Notes under the pieces: model-generated | Databases searched by the model: none | Seen by the model: only the letters and a program-made list of their open reading frames with translations | What the model was told of the DNA's origin: nothing | Assembly (NCBI GenBank): GCA_902575375.1 | Contig: CACGRD010000002.1 | Span: 49,521 to 113,520 of the forward strand | Length of the DNA stretch: 64,000 nucleotides | Origin: an uncultured Alphaproteobacteria bacterium | GTDB taxonomy: Bacteria; Pseudomonadota; Alphaproteobacteria; HIMB59; GCA-002718135 | Direction: 5' to 3' | In this document: piece by piece, positions 1 to 9,683 of the stretch | Layout of the letters: each line of letters starts with the position of its first letter | Numbering within the stretch: the first letter of the stretch is position 1 | Program-made: the position numbers and the translations under genes

Positions 1-108
1 GATTTAAAAGATAATTTAGTAGAAATAAAAAATCGCCAAAATAATGAAATTGAAAAAATTTCATCTAGTGGTGTAATTGATTTTATTAACAACAAGTTAA
101 AAAAATAA
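1..108 (+). CDS. 3' end of an upstream CDS; 35 codons are too few to identify it (proS would fit alphaproteobacterial synteny but is unverified)
   Basis: Frame 1 is open from the window edge to TAA at 106-108 (...EIEKISSSGVIDFINNKLKK*). The stop abuts the lolC ATG at 109. Confidence 0.45.
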   Translation, partial: DLKDNLVEIKNRQNNEIEKISSSGVIDFINNKLKK

Positions 109-1359
109 ATGATTTCTAAATCAGAACGATTACTGATTTTTAGGTTTTTATTCTCTAAGAAATCTGATGGTTATGTATCTATTTTCGCCTGGTTTTCAAT
201 AATAGGTATTAGTTTAGGAGTAGCAGCAATTATTATAGTAATGTCTGTTATGAATGGTTTTAGAATTGATCTAACTAACAGAATAATTGGACTTAATTCA
301 CACCTTAATATTTATAGTTTTGATAATGAGATAACAAATAAGCAAGCTGATGAACTCATATTGAATATTGATAATTCTTTTTTTTACCAACACTACAAAT
401 CAATTGAAACAAATGGATTAATTATAAAATCAAATAACTCAAAAGGTGTTATGATCAAAGGCTATGATGAATATGATAAAAATCATTATTTGTTTAATTC
501 AATTAATAGTGGTGCATTAATTCAAAATCCAAAAAATGAAATACTAATTGGAGACTCCTTAGCGAATGAAATGAATTTAACTGTAGGAGATAAGGTGAAA
601 ATTGCAATTCCAAAGACTGATAAAACAATATTAGGAAATATTCCAAGATTTAAAACATTGGAGATAGTAGGTGTATTTGATCTAGGTTTATATGAATATG
701 ATTCAAATTTAATTTTTTTATCTTCAGAACTTGTCAGAAAATTACTCTTATATGATGAAGATGTATATAACAAAATTGAATTCTTTACATCATCTCCTAA
801 TGAAATTGAATTATTTAAAAATAAAGTAGAATTAGAAACTTCTAATCTTTTATTAAATTTTTATTCAATATCTTGGAAGGATCAAAACAAAACTTTAATA
901 AATGCACTTAAGGTAGAAAAGAATGTTATGTTTATTATTCTTTCATTAATTATTTTAGTTGCATCATTAAATATAATTTCAGGATTAATTATATTTGTAA
1001 AAGAAAAAAACAAAGATATTGGAATTTTGAAAACTATTGGAATGAGTAATAAAAGTATTATAAAAATATTTTTTACTATTGGAATCTCAATTGGTTTAAT
1101 AGGATCTTTAATAGGATTAATAATTGGAATTCTTTTCACAATAAATATTAAATCAATTCAAAGTTTTTTAGAATATTTACTAGGAACAAAACTGTTTTCT
1201 GAAGAAATTTATTATTTATCATCTTTACCTTCTAAAATTAGCGTAAATGAGGTAATTTACGTACTTTGTGTAGCAACAATAATATCAATTATATCAACTA
1301 TTTTCCCAGCTTTAAGTTCAGCTAGGATAGACCCTGTTAAAAGTTTAAGAAGTGAATAA
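109..1359 (+). CDS. lolC: Lipoprotein-releasing ABC transporter permease, LolC/LolE family
   Basis: 416 aa with an N-terminal TM, a large periplasmic loop and a C-terminal FtsX-type TM bundle. Overlaps the lolD ATPase gene by 8 nt. Confidence 0.85.
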   Translation: MISKSERLLIFRFLFSKKSDGYVSIFAWFSIIGISLGVAAIIIVMSVMNGFRIDLTNRIIGLNSHLNIYSFDNEITNKQADELILNIDNSFFYQHYKSIETNGLIIKSNNSKGVMIKGYDEYDKNHYLFNSINSGALIQNPKNEILIGDSLANEMNLTVGDKVKIAIPKTDKTILGNIPRFKTLEIVGVFDLGLYEYDSNLIFLSSELVRKLLLYDEDVYNKIEFFTSSPNEIELFKNKVELETSNLLLNFYSISWKDQNKTLINALKVEKNVMFIILSLIILVASLNIISGLIIFVKEKNKDIGILKTIGMSNKSIIKIFFTIGISIGLIGSLIGLIIGILFTINIKSIQSFLEYLLGTKLFSEEIYYLSSLPSKISVNEVIYVLCVATIISIISTIFPALSSARIDPVKSLRSE

Positions 1360-2041
1360 TAAATATCTATTAGAGATAACCAATCTTTGTAAAAATTATA
1401 CAAATGAAAATAATTCAAAAATTGAGATAATTAAAAATTTAAATTTTAAATTAAAGCAAAACACTAAAGTTTCAATTGTTGGGCCTTCAGGTTCAGGCAA
1501 AACAACTTTTCTAAATATTATTGGTTTACTTGATTCAGAATATGATGGAAACTTTTATTTTAAAAATAAAGATATTTCTTTGTGCTCTAAAGATGAAACG
1601 AATAAAATTAGAGGATTATCCATTGGTTTTATTCATCAATTTTTTCATCTGATTCCTGAACTTACTGTGATCGAGAATGTTATGCTACCATTATTAATTA
1701 ATAAAAATGAAAAGAAAAGTTATCAAATTTCTAAAAAACTACTTCTTGAATTCGGTTTAGATGAAAGAATAAATTATAAACCTTTAAAATTATCAGGAGG
1801 AGAACAACAAAGAGTCGCTATTGCTAGATCTTTGGTAAATGATCCAGATTTAATTTTAGCTGATGAGATGACTGGTAATCTTGATGAAGATACTGCTAAC
1901 AATATTTTTAAATTTTTTATAAATTATATCGAACAAAATAATAAAACTTTAGTATATGTTACTCATAACAAAACTTATTCTTTATTAGCTGATGAAATTT
2001 ATTATTTTAAAAATAAGAAAATACATTTGACAAATGAATAA
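1352..2041 (+). CDS. lolD: Lipoprotein-releasing system ATP-binding protein LolD
   Basis: Walker [13 protein letters not shown] signature [15 protein letters not shown], Walker B LILADE. GTG start overlapping lolC. Confidence 0.85.
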   Translation: MNNKYLLEITNLCKNYTNENNSKIEIIKNLNFKLKQNTKVSIVGPSGSGKTTFLNIIGLLDSEYDGNFYFKNKDISLCSKDETNKIRGLSIGFIHQFFHLIPELTVIENVMLPLLINKNEKKSYQISKKLLLEFGLDERINYKPLKLSGGEQQRVAIARSLVNDPDLILADEMTGNLDEDTANNIFKFFINYIEQNNKTLVYVTHNKTYSLLADEIYYFKNKKIHLTNE

Positions 2042-5000
2042 TCCTTTTATTCATTTACGATCTTTATCTTCATATTCTCTCTCTGAAAGCACTCTAAAAA
2101 TTACTAACTTAGTTGATCTTGCTAAAAAAAATAACATGCCTGCAATTGCCATTACAGATAACAACAATATGTTTGGAGTATTTGAATTTTCTAAAGAATG
2201 TGTAAAAAATAATATTCAACCTATAATTGGAACTTCAATAAATTTATTAGATATTATTGTAAATGATCAAATTTCCCAAATTACATTTTTAGTCAAAAAT
2301 GAAATTGGGTATAGAAATCTATTAGAATTAAGTTCACTTTCTCATCTTAATGAAGAAAATAATATTGGTATATACTTTTCGCAATTAGAAAAATTTTCTG
2401 AAGGTTTATTCTGTTATATAGGTGGTGAATTTAATCCTTTACTTTTGTTAAATAAAGAAAATAGAAAAAAAGATATAATTCAACTAATCACTAATTTTAA
2501 AGAAATATTTATAAATAATTTTCTCTTTGAAATTCAGAGGATCAATGATCAAAATATTGATTTTTTTGAAAAAGAATTCATCAATTTATCAAAAGAATTT
2601 GACATACCCCTCATTGGTTCAAATAATATTAAGTATGCTAATAAAGATGATTATTCAGCTCATGATGCATTACTATGTATTGCTCAAAAATCTACAATTA
2701 ACAATTCTCAAAGAAATACTTCAAATGAAAATATTTATTTTAAATCAAATGAAGAAATGCATTCAAATTTTGAAGATATTCCTGAGATAATTCAAAATAA
2801 TTTAAATATTTCTCTATCTTGTAATTATTTTCCTGAGTCAACAAAGCCACAACTACCAGAATTTAAAAATGATTTAAATTTATCAGCAGAAGATTTTTTA
2901 TTAAAAACCTCAGAACTGGGACTTGAAAAAAAAATAAAAGAAAAGAATATTAAAAATATACAAACTTATAGCGATAGATTAAAATATGAAAATGAAACAA
3001 TAATTAGAATGGGTTTTGCAGGATACTTTTTAATAGTAGCTGATTTTGTTAATTGGGCTAAAGAGCAATCCATTCCTGTTGGCCCCGGAAGAGGATCAGG
3101 TGCAGGCAGTTTAGTGGCTTGGTGTTTAGGAATAACTGATCTAGATCCACTAGAGTATGAGCTATTATTTGAAAGATTCTTAAATCCAGAAAGAGTGTCA
3201 ATGCCAGATTTTGACATAGATTTTTGTCAAACTAGAAGAGATGAAGTTATCGAGTATGTAAATAATAAATACGGGAGTGAATGTGTTGCCCATATAATTA
3301 CATTTGGTACTTTAGCATCAAGAGCTGCGGTAAGAGATATTGGTAGGGTTTTAGAAGTTCCGTATGGAGAAGTAGATTCTTTTGCAAAATTAATACCTTT
3401 TAATCCGTCAAATCCACTTACTTTAAGCGAGTCTATTAAATCTGAAAGAAGTTTGCAAGAAAGGATACGTAGTGATGAAAGAATTGCAAATATTATTGAT
3501 GTAAGTCTAAAAATTGAAGGAACTCACAGACATGCTTCAACCCATGCTGCTGGGGTTGTAATTGGTCACGAAAAGTTATCTAAAGTAGTTCCTTTATACA
3601 AAGATCAAAATACTGACACGAATGCTACACAATTTTCAATGAAGTATGTTGAGGAGGCAGGTTTAATAAAATTTGATTTTCTTGGTTTAACTACATTATC
3701 CATTATAGATGATTGCATAAAATTAATAGTTAAAGAAAATAAAAATTTTTCAATAAATAAAATACCTTTAAATGATACAAAAACATATGATCAGTTAAGC
3801 AAGGGTGATACAGTAGGAATATTCCAATTAGAAAGTAATGGTATGGGTAGCGTCCTTCGCCAATTACAACCTGATAGATTTGAAGAAATAATTGCTGTAG
3901 TTGCTTTGTTTAGACCTGGGCCAATGGATAATATCCCATCTTTTTGTAATAGAAAACATGGACGTGAAGAAATCAAGTATCTTCATTCTATGTTAGAAGA
4001 CGTCTTAAAAGAAACTTATGGAATTATTGTTTATCAGGAACAAGTAATGCAGATTGCGCAAGTTTTATCAAATTATACTTTAGGTGAAGCAGACTTATTA
4101 AGAAGAGCAATGGGAAAAAAAATTCAAAAGGAAATGGATAAGCAAAAATCAAGATTTATTGATGGTGCTGTTCAAAACAATATTGATAAGAAAGAAGCTT
4201 CAAAAATTTTTGATTTAGTTGATAAATTTGCGGGTTATGGTTTTAATAAAAGTCATGCTGCAGCTTATGCCTTAATTGCTTATCAAACGGCTTATTTAAA
4301 AGCAAACTTTCCTCACGAATTTCTTACCGCAACTTTAAATTATTCTGTAGATAGAACAGAAAAAATTATTCTACTTAAACAAGAAATAGAAAGATTAAAT
4401 ATCAATTTTTTAAAACCAGATATAAATTTTTCTGAACCCTTATTTTCAATTGAAATAAATGACAACTTAAAATCGATAAGATTTGGATTAGCAGCAATTA
4501 AAGGTGTTGGTTTAAAATCAATTTCTAGCATGGTTGATGAAAGAAACAAAAATGGTAAATTTAAAAGTATCATTGATTTTATGAATAGAGTTTCTAAAGA
4601 GGTAATAAATAAAAGACAGCTTGAAAAACTTATTCAGGCTGGAGCTTTTGATAGTATTGAATCTAACAGATCGAAATTATTTAATAATGTACCAAGATTT
4701 GTTGAGCTATTTGGAGGAGAGAAAAATATTAATCAAGACATGCTATTTGAAGAAAATGAAATTTCTTTTGAAGATAAAAACCTGTTCAATCAAAATTATA
4801 AAGAATGGAAGAATGCAGAAATTTTATCTAACGAATTAGAGGTTATTGGATTTTATTTTTCTGATCACCCATTAAATCATTATCCAAAAAAGTTTTTTGA
4901 AATAGAGAATATAATATCTTTTAAAAACTATTCAGAAAGCTATGATTCAAATATTATTAAAGTTTGTGGGGCTATTTTAGATATTAAAGAAAGATCAAAT

Positions 5001-5438
5001 AAAGATGGAAAAAAATATGCATTTATAACAGTATCAGAAAAAAATTTTCAATTTGAATTAACTATATTTAGTGAAAATTTATATAAGTACCGACCTTTAA
5101 TAAAAGAAGGAAATTTGTTAATATTCAATATAGATGTTGTAAAAAGTAATACTGATACACGATTTATAATAAGGTCAATAGAATCTTTGGAAAAAAAATT
5201 TATTAAAAATAATTATAAATTTAATATTTACACAAATTTTAAAAATATGGATGAATTAAAAGATAATATTTTTACAAAAAGAGAAAGTGGCAATAATGAT
5301 AATTTTATTGATGTCTTCATTACAGTAGATCAGAAATTAGTGAATTTTGATTTTAATAAATATTCAATTAAATCATACAAAAAACTTGATGATTTGAATA
5401 AATCAAAAATTTTAGATTATTCTTTAGAATTATCTTGA
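2034..5438 (+). CDS. dnaE: DNA polymerase III alpha subunit
   Basis: 1134 aa with an N-terminal PHP domain (FIHLRSLSSYSLSES), the GPGRGSGAGSLVAWCLGITDLDP palm motif, FNKSHAAAYALIAYQTAYLKANFP and a C-terminal OB region. Confidence 0.97.
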   Translation: MNNPFIHLRSLSSYSLSESTLKITNLVDLAKKNNMPAIAITDNNNMFGVFEFSKECVKNNIQPIIGTSINLLDIIVNDQISQITFLVKNEIGYRNLLELSSLSHLNEENNIGIYFSQLEKFSEGLFCYIGGEFNPLLLLNKENRKKDIIQLITNFKEIFINNFLFEIQRINDQNIDFFEKEFINLSKEFDIPLIGSNNIKYANKDDYSAHDALLCIAQKSTINNSQRNTSNENIYFKSNEEMHSNFEDIPEIIQNNLNISLSCNYFPESTKPQLPEFKNDLNLSAEDFLLKTSELGLEKKIKEKNIKNIQTYSDRLKYENETIIRMGFAGYFLIVADFVNWAKEQSIPVGPGRGSGAGSLVAWCLGITDLDPLEYELLFERFLNPERVSMPDFDIDFCQTRRDEVIEYVNNKYGSECVAHIITFGTLASRAAVRDIGRVLEVPYGEVDSFAKLIPFNPSNPLTLSESIKSERSLQERIRSDERIANIIDVSLKIEGTHRHASTHAAGVVIGHEKLSKVVPLYKDQNTDTNATQFSMKYVEEAGLIKFDFLGLTTLSIIDDCIKLIVKENKNFSINKIPLNDTKTYDQLSKGDTVGIFQLESNGMGSVLRQLQPDRFEEIIAVVALFRPGPMDNIPSFCNRKHGREEIKYLHSMLEDVLKETYGIIVYQEQVMQIAQVLSNYTLGEADLLRRAMGKKIQKEMDKQKSRFIDGAVQNNIDKKEASKIFDLVDKFAGYGFNKSHAAAYALIAYQTAYLKANFPHEFLTATLNYSVDRTEKIILLKQEIERLNINFLKPDINFSEPLFSIEINDNLKSIRFGLAAIKGVGLKSISSMVDERNKNGKFKSIIDFMNRVSKEVINKRQLEKLIQAGAFDSIESNRSKLFNNVPRFVELFGGEKNINQDMLFEENEISFEDKNLFNQNYKEWKNAEILSNELEVIGFYFSDHPLNHYPKKFFEIENIISFKNYSESYDSNIIKVCGAILDIKERSNKDGKKYAFITVSEKNFQFELTIFSENLYKYRPLIKEGNLLIFNIDVVKSNTDTRFIIRSIESLEKKFIKNNYKFNIYTNFKNMDELKDNIFTKRESGNNDNFIDVFITVDQKLVNFDFNKYSIKSYKKLDDLNKSKILDYSLELS

Positions 5439-5483
5439 AAAAATAATACTATATAATAATGAGACTATTTATTAAATCTAGCA

Positions 5484-5527
5484 CACAGAAAAAACCGGTG
5501 TTTTTATTTCTGTGGAGGTTAAACCGG
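5484..5527 (+). promoter_or_regulatory. rpsB 5' leader with two mutually exclusive hairpins around the Shine-Dalgarno sequence
   Basis: CACAGAAA (5484-5491) is the exact inverted complement of TTTCTGTG (5507-5514). CCGGT (5495-5499) can instead pair with ACCGG (5523-5527). GGAGG lies at 5514-5518. Confidence 0.35.
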
Positions 5528-5535
5528 GAGTTATT

Positions 5536-6288
5536 ATGAATTTACCAGAAGTAAAAATTGAAGATCTTCTAGAATCTGGCGTACATTTTGGCCATAACGT
5601 TAGAAGGTGGAATCCAAAAATGAAAGAATATATTTATGGTGTTAGAAATAACATACATATTTTTGATTTAAGAATTACTTTAGAGTTGCTTAATGTCGCT
5701 CTTACAAAAATCCATGAAACTGTTTCTAAATCTGGGAAAATCCTTTTTGTAGGAACAAAAAAACAGTGTAGCGATGTAGTCAAAGATTTAGCAATGTTAA
5801 ATAACAATTTTTATGTAAATAAAAGATGGTTAGGTGGAACATTAACTAACTGGAAAACAATTTCAAATTCTATAAAAAGATTAGAGGAAATTGAACTATT
5901 TTTAAAAGATAATGATTTATCAAAAAACTTATCCAAAAAAGAATTATTAGATATTTCTAGAGAAAAGCAAAAACTAGAGTTAAATATAGGTGGTATTAGA
6001 ACACTTAATGGAAAACCAGATCTTCTGGTTGTATTCGATGTAATTAAGGATAAAATTGCAGTTAAAGAGGCAACAAAACTTAATATACCTGTAGTTGCAA
6101 TAGTTGATACCAATGCAGATCCAGAAAATATCGATTATATTATTCCTGGCAATGATGATGCTCTTCGCTCAATAAATTTATATAAGAATTACTTTTCAGA
6201 AACTATTCAAGATGCCTCTAATTTTAAAGATTCAATTGAAACTAAAGAAGAAGATGTAGAAGAAGATATAAAAAAGGATGTTAAATAA
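5536..6288 (+). CDS. rpsB: 30S ribosomal protein S2
   Basis: MNLPEVKIEDLLESGVHFGH... is the canonical S2 N-terminus. I prefer the ATG at 5536, 18 nt after GGAGG, over the track's GTG at 5512, which would lie inside the SD. Confidence 0.95.
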   Translation: MNLPEVKIEDLLESGVHFGHNVRRWNPKMKEYIYGVRNNIHIFDLRITLELLNVALTKIHETVSKSGKILFVGTKKQCSDVVKDLAMLNNNFYVNKRWLGGTLTNWKTISNSIKRLEEIELFLKDNDLSKNLSKKELLDISREKQKLELNIGGIRTLNGKPDLLVVFDVIKDKIAVKEATKLNIPVVAIVDTNADPENIDYIIPGNDDALRSINLYKNYFSETIQDASNFKDSIETKEEDVEEDIKKDVK

Positions 6289-7139
6289 TGTCAAGTATAA
6301 CCGAATTAATTAAAGAATTAAGAGAAAAGACCGGAGCAGGTTTCTTGGATTGCAAAAAATCTTTGGAGGATAACAATAACAATATTGAAAAATCAATTGA
6401 AACATTAAGAAAAAAAGGATTAGCAAAAGCATCTAAAAAAAGTGATAGAGCAGCAATTGAAGGTGCGGTAGGTTTCTATTCTAATGAAAATATTACTGCA
6501 TTAATTAAAGTTAATAGTGAAACAGATTTTGCTGCTAAAAGTGATACTTTCTTGGACTTTCTTGATAGTTTAGGGAATTTAGTTTTAGAAAATAATACTA
6601 ATATTGATAAAGAACAATTTCTTAAATTACAGTTTCAAAAAGGAACTGTTCAAGATTACTTTAATTCAATGATTGCAAAAATTGGAGAAAATCTTATCCT
6701 TAATGATTTAGTAATTAAAAATAAAAAAAATTCTAATTATTCATTTTACATACACAATAGTTATAGAATAAATATTGGAAAAATAATATCATTAGTAGAA
6801 TATTCTACTGTTGATAATAATGCTGAGATTGAAGCTTTATCAAAAAATTTATGTATGCATATTGCAGCAATGAAACCTGAATCTATAGATATTGATGATT
6901 TAGACAAAAATTTGATAAATAAAGAAGAAAAAATTCAAAAAGAATTAATTTTAAATTCTGGAAAACCATCAAATATAGTAGAAAAGATACTAGCAGGTAA
7001 AATGAAAAAATACTTCAGTGAGGTAACACTACTAAATCAATCTTATATTTTAGATCAAGATAAGACGGTTAGAGATATAATTAATCAATACTCAAAATAT
7101 AAATACAACTTAATATCTTTTGATTTAATTAATTTATAG
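6288..7139 (+). CDS. tsf: Translation elongation factor Ts
   Basis: The N-terminal UBA-like motif ITELIKELREKTGAGFLDCKKSL is typical EF-Ts, and the gene follows rpsB. Confidence 0.95.
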   Translation: MSSITELIKELREKTGAGFLDCKKSLEDNNNNIEKSIETLRKKGLAKASKKSDRAAIEGAVGFYSNENITALIKVNSETDFAAKSDTFLDFLDSLGNLVLENNTNIDKEQFLKLQFQKGTVQDYFNSMIAKIGENLILNDLVIKNKKNSNYSFYIHNSYRINIGKIISLVEYSTVDNNAEIEALSKNLCMHIAAMKPESIDIDDLDKNLINKEEKIQKELILNSGKPSNIVEKILAGKMKKYFSEVTLLNQSYILDQDKTVRDIINQYSKYKYNLISFDLINL

Positions 7140-7140
7140 A

Positions 7141-7842
7141 ATGAATAAAAGAATTTTACTAAAGATCTCAGGTGAATCACTAATGGGATCTTCCAACTAT
7201 GGTATAGATGTTTCAACAATAAACAAAATTTCTAATGAAATAAAAAATGTATACAAAAAAAAATATCAAATTTGTTTAATTATTGGAGGAGGGAACATAT
7301 TCAGAGGGATTAAAGGTGCTTCTGAAGGAATTGACAGATCCACATCTGATTATATGGGTATGTTAGCTACTGTAATGAATGCATTATCTTTACAGAGTAG
7401 TCTAGAAAAAATTAATGTTCCAACAAGAGTTCAATCAGCAATAACGATGTCACAAATTGCTGAACCTTATATTAGAAGAAGAGCAATCAGACACTTAGAG
7501 AAAAATAGAATTGTTATATTTGCTGCTGGAACTGGTAATCCATTCTTTTCCACAGATACTGCTGCAACCTTAAGAGCTTCTGAATTAGATTGTAAATTAA
7601 TTATTAAAGCAACAAAGGTAGATGGTATATACAATAAAGATCCAGTAAAAAATAAAAACGCTAAGTTAATCAAAAATATTACTTACAATGAAGTTATAAA
7701 TAAAAATTTAAAAGTTATGGATTTAACTGCTATTAGTCTAGCAAAAGATACGAAAATACCAATTTTTATTACTAATATTTTTAAAAAAAACTCGTTAATT
7801 AATGTTTTGAATCGTAAAGGTTCATATAGTAAAATAAGTTAA
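7141..7842 (+). CDS. pyrH: UMP kinase
   Basis: RILLKISGESL...GGGNIFRG...MGMLATVMNAL...TGNPFFSTDTAA motifs. Confidence 0.95.
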   Translation: MNKRILLKISGESLMGSSNYGIDVSTINKISNEIKNVYKKKYQICLIIGGGNIFRGIKGASEGIDRSTSDYMGMLATVMNALSLQSSLEKINVPTRVQSAITMSQIAEPYIRRRAIRHLEKNRIVIFAAGTGNPFFSTDTAATLRASELDCKLIIKATKVDGIYNKDPVKNKNAKLIKNITYNEVINKNLKVMDLTAISLAKDTKIPIFITNIFKKNSLINVLNRKGSYSKIS

Positions 7843-7844
7843 TT

Positions 7845-8387
7845 ATGAGTGATCTAGAAAATAAAATGAATTCTGCTGTTTCACATTTTGAAAAAGAATT
7901 AAATTCTTTAAGAACTTCAAGAGCAAATCCCTCAATGTTAGACAATATATTAGTCGATGCATATGAATCAAGAACTCCTTTAAATCAACTTGGCAATATT
8001 TCTGTTCAAGATGCAAGCACAATTACAATTCAAGTATGGGATTCATCATTAATTAAATCAATTGAAGATGCAATTTCAGAATCAAATCTTGGTATCAATC
8101 CACAAACAGATGGGCAACTTATTAGACTTCCTATTCCTAAATTGAGTGAAGAAAGAAGAAAAGAGATAATTAAAATAGCTTCTGAAATTGCTGAAAATTC
8201 TAAAGTAGCAATAAGAAATATTAGAAGGGATTTTATAGAAACATCCAAAAATGAAAAAAAAGACTTAAATCTTTCAGAGGATGACTTAAAAAGAAAATTA
8301 AATGAAATTCAAAAAATAACAGATAATAATATAGAAAAAATTGACAAAGTATTAGAATTAAAAAAAACTGATATTTTGAAAGTATAA
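7845..8387 (+). CDS. frr: Ribosome recycling factor
   Basis: 180 aa with LRTSRANPSMLDNILVDAY and IPKLSEERRKEIIK motifs. Sits in the pyrH-frr-uppS order. Confidence 0.95.
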   Translation: MSDLENKMNSAVSHFEKELNSLRTSRANPSMLDNILVDAYESRTPLNQLGNISVQDASTITIQVWDSSLIKSIEDAISESNLGINPQTDGQLIRLPIPKLSEERRKEIIKIASEIAENSKVAIRNIRRDFIETSKNEKKDLNLSEDDLKRKLNEIQKITDNNIEKIDKVLELKKTDILKV

Positions 8388-8393
8388 TTCTCA

Positions 8394-9074
8394 TTGAATA
8401 AATTAAATCATATCGCCTTAATACTTGACGGCAATAAAAGGTGGGCTAAAAAAAATAATCAATCAAGTTTAAATGGATATACAAAAGGATTTGAAAACAT
8501 CACAAAGGTAGTAACTTATACTTTAACTAAAAAAATTTCAAATTTAACTATATTTGCATTATCATCTGAAAATTTTAATCGATCATCAATAAATGTTATC
8601 TATGAAATAATATATGATAATTTTTCTAAAACATTTAATGATTTGGTAAAAGAAAAAGGTGTAAAAATTAAAATTTTTGGTAATAGAAAAAAATTACCTC
8701 AGAAAATATTAAAAATTTTTAAAAATATTGAAGAATCATCAATAAATAATAAAAATTTAAATCTTAATATTGCATTTAATTATGGTTTTAAAGATGAAAT
8801 AAGAAATATTTTAACAAATATTATCAAAAAGGGGAGTAATATTAATCTTGATAATCAAAAGAATATAGATAACTTATTTTTTTTAGGCCCACTTCCTGAT
8901 CCAGATATACTAATAAGAACTGGAGGTTATAAGCGATTAAGTAATTTTATTATGTATAATTTAACTTATACAGAATTGTTTTTTACTGAAACTTTATGGC
9001 CAGAATTTTCTGAAAAAGAATTTAACTTCATTATAAATCAATATTTAAATATTGATAGAAAATATGGTTTATAA
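8394..9074 (+). CDS. uppS: Undecaprenyl diphosphate synthase (di-trans,poly-cis-decaprenylcistransferase)
   Basis: HIALILDGNKRWAK and DILIRTGGYKRLSNF motifs. TTG start. Confidence 0.9.
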   Translation: MNKLNHIALILDGNKRWAKKNNQSSLNGYTKGFENITKVVTYTLTKKISNLTIFALSSENFNRSSINVIYEIIYDNFSKTFNDLVKEKGVKIKIFGNRKKLPQKILKIFKNIEESSINNKNLNLNIAFNYGFKDEIRNILTNIIKKGSNINLDNQKNIDNLFFLGPLPDPDILIRTGGYKRLSNFIMYNLTYTELFFTETLWPEFSEKEFNFIINQYLNIDRKYGL

Positions 9075-9681
9075 TAATTTTTTACTAAGGTTGTTGTTTT
9101 CAAGTTTTTTTATTTCAGTATATTGTATTTGTATTTATATAAATTTTAAATATGTATACTATTTAATTTTTTTACTTTATCTTTTAATTTTTATTGAAAT
9201 TTATCTTTATTTTGAATTATATAAATTTTTGCCATTTTTATACATACTTATTTCTTTTGCATTTTTTATAACTATTGATTTTGATAAAGTAATATTATTA
9301 AATTTTAATTTATTTATATTTATCGTTATATCTTTTGATATATTTTCTTACATTATAGGTAAAAACTTTGGAAAAAATAATTTTACTAAACTCAGTCCAA
9401 ATAAAACTTATGAAGGTCTTTTTGGGGGCTTTTTATTATCTTTTTTCTTATCTTTACTATTTGCTTTTATTTTTGAGATAAATGTAAATTTAGAATTAAT
9501 ATTTTATATATTATTAATTATAATATGTGCTTTTATAGGTGATATGATTGAGTCATTTTTCAAAAGAAAAAATAATCTAAAGAATTCAAGTGAATTTATT
9601 CCCGGTCACGGTGGGGTATTTGATAGATTTGATAGTTTTTTATTTTCAATTATTATTTATTCTATATCAATTATTAATTAA
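9052..9681 (+). CDS. cdsA: Phosphatidate cytidylyltransferase
   Basis: Polytopic membrane protein with the C-terminal CDS signature SFFKRKNNLKNSSEFIPGHGGVFDRFDS. The start is uncertain (9052 or the ATG at 9064). Confidence 0.85.
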   Translation: MIENMVYNNFLLRLLFSSFFISVYCICIYINFKYVYYLIFLLYLLIFIEIYLYFELYKFLPFLYILISFAFFITIDFDKVILLNFNLFIFIVISFDIFSYIIGKNFGKNNFTKLSPNKTYEGLFGGFLLSFFLSLLFAFIFEINVNLELIFYILLIIICAFIGDMIESFFKRKNNLKNSSEFIPGHGGVFDRFDSFLFSIIIYSISIIN

Positions 9682-9683
9682 CA

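Noticed and set aside
5512-5535. The ORF track gives longer N-terminal extensions from non-ATG starts for rpsB (GTG 5512), lexA (TTG 21181), ntrX (TTG 41760), topA (TTG 53560), pyrB (TTG 55354) and ruvX (55881).
   Set aside because: In each case a downstream ATG gives the canonical family N-terminus. The extension would swallow the SD (rpsB), the SOS box (lexA) or the neighbouring gene's start (ruvX/gatC). For pyrB only 3 codons are at stake, and the large extension remains either way.
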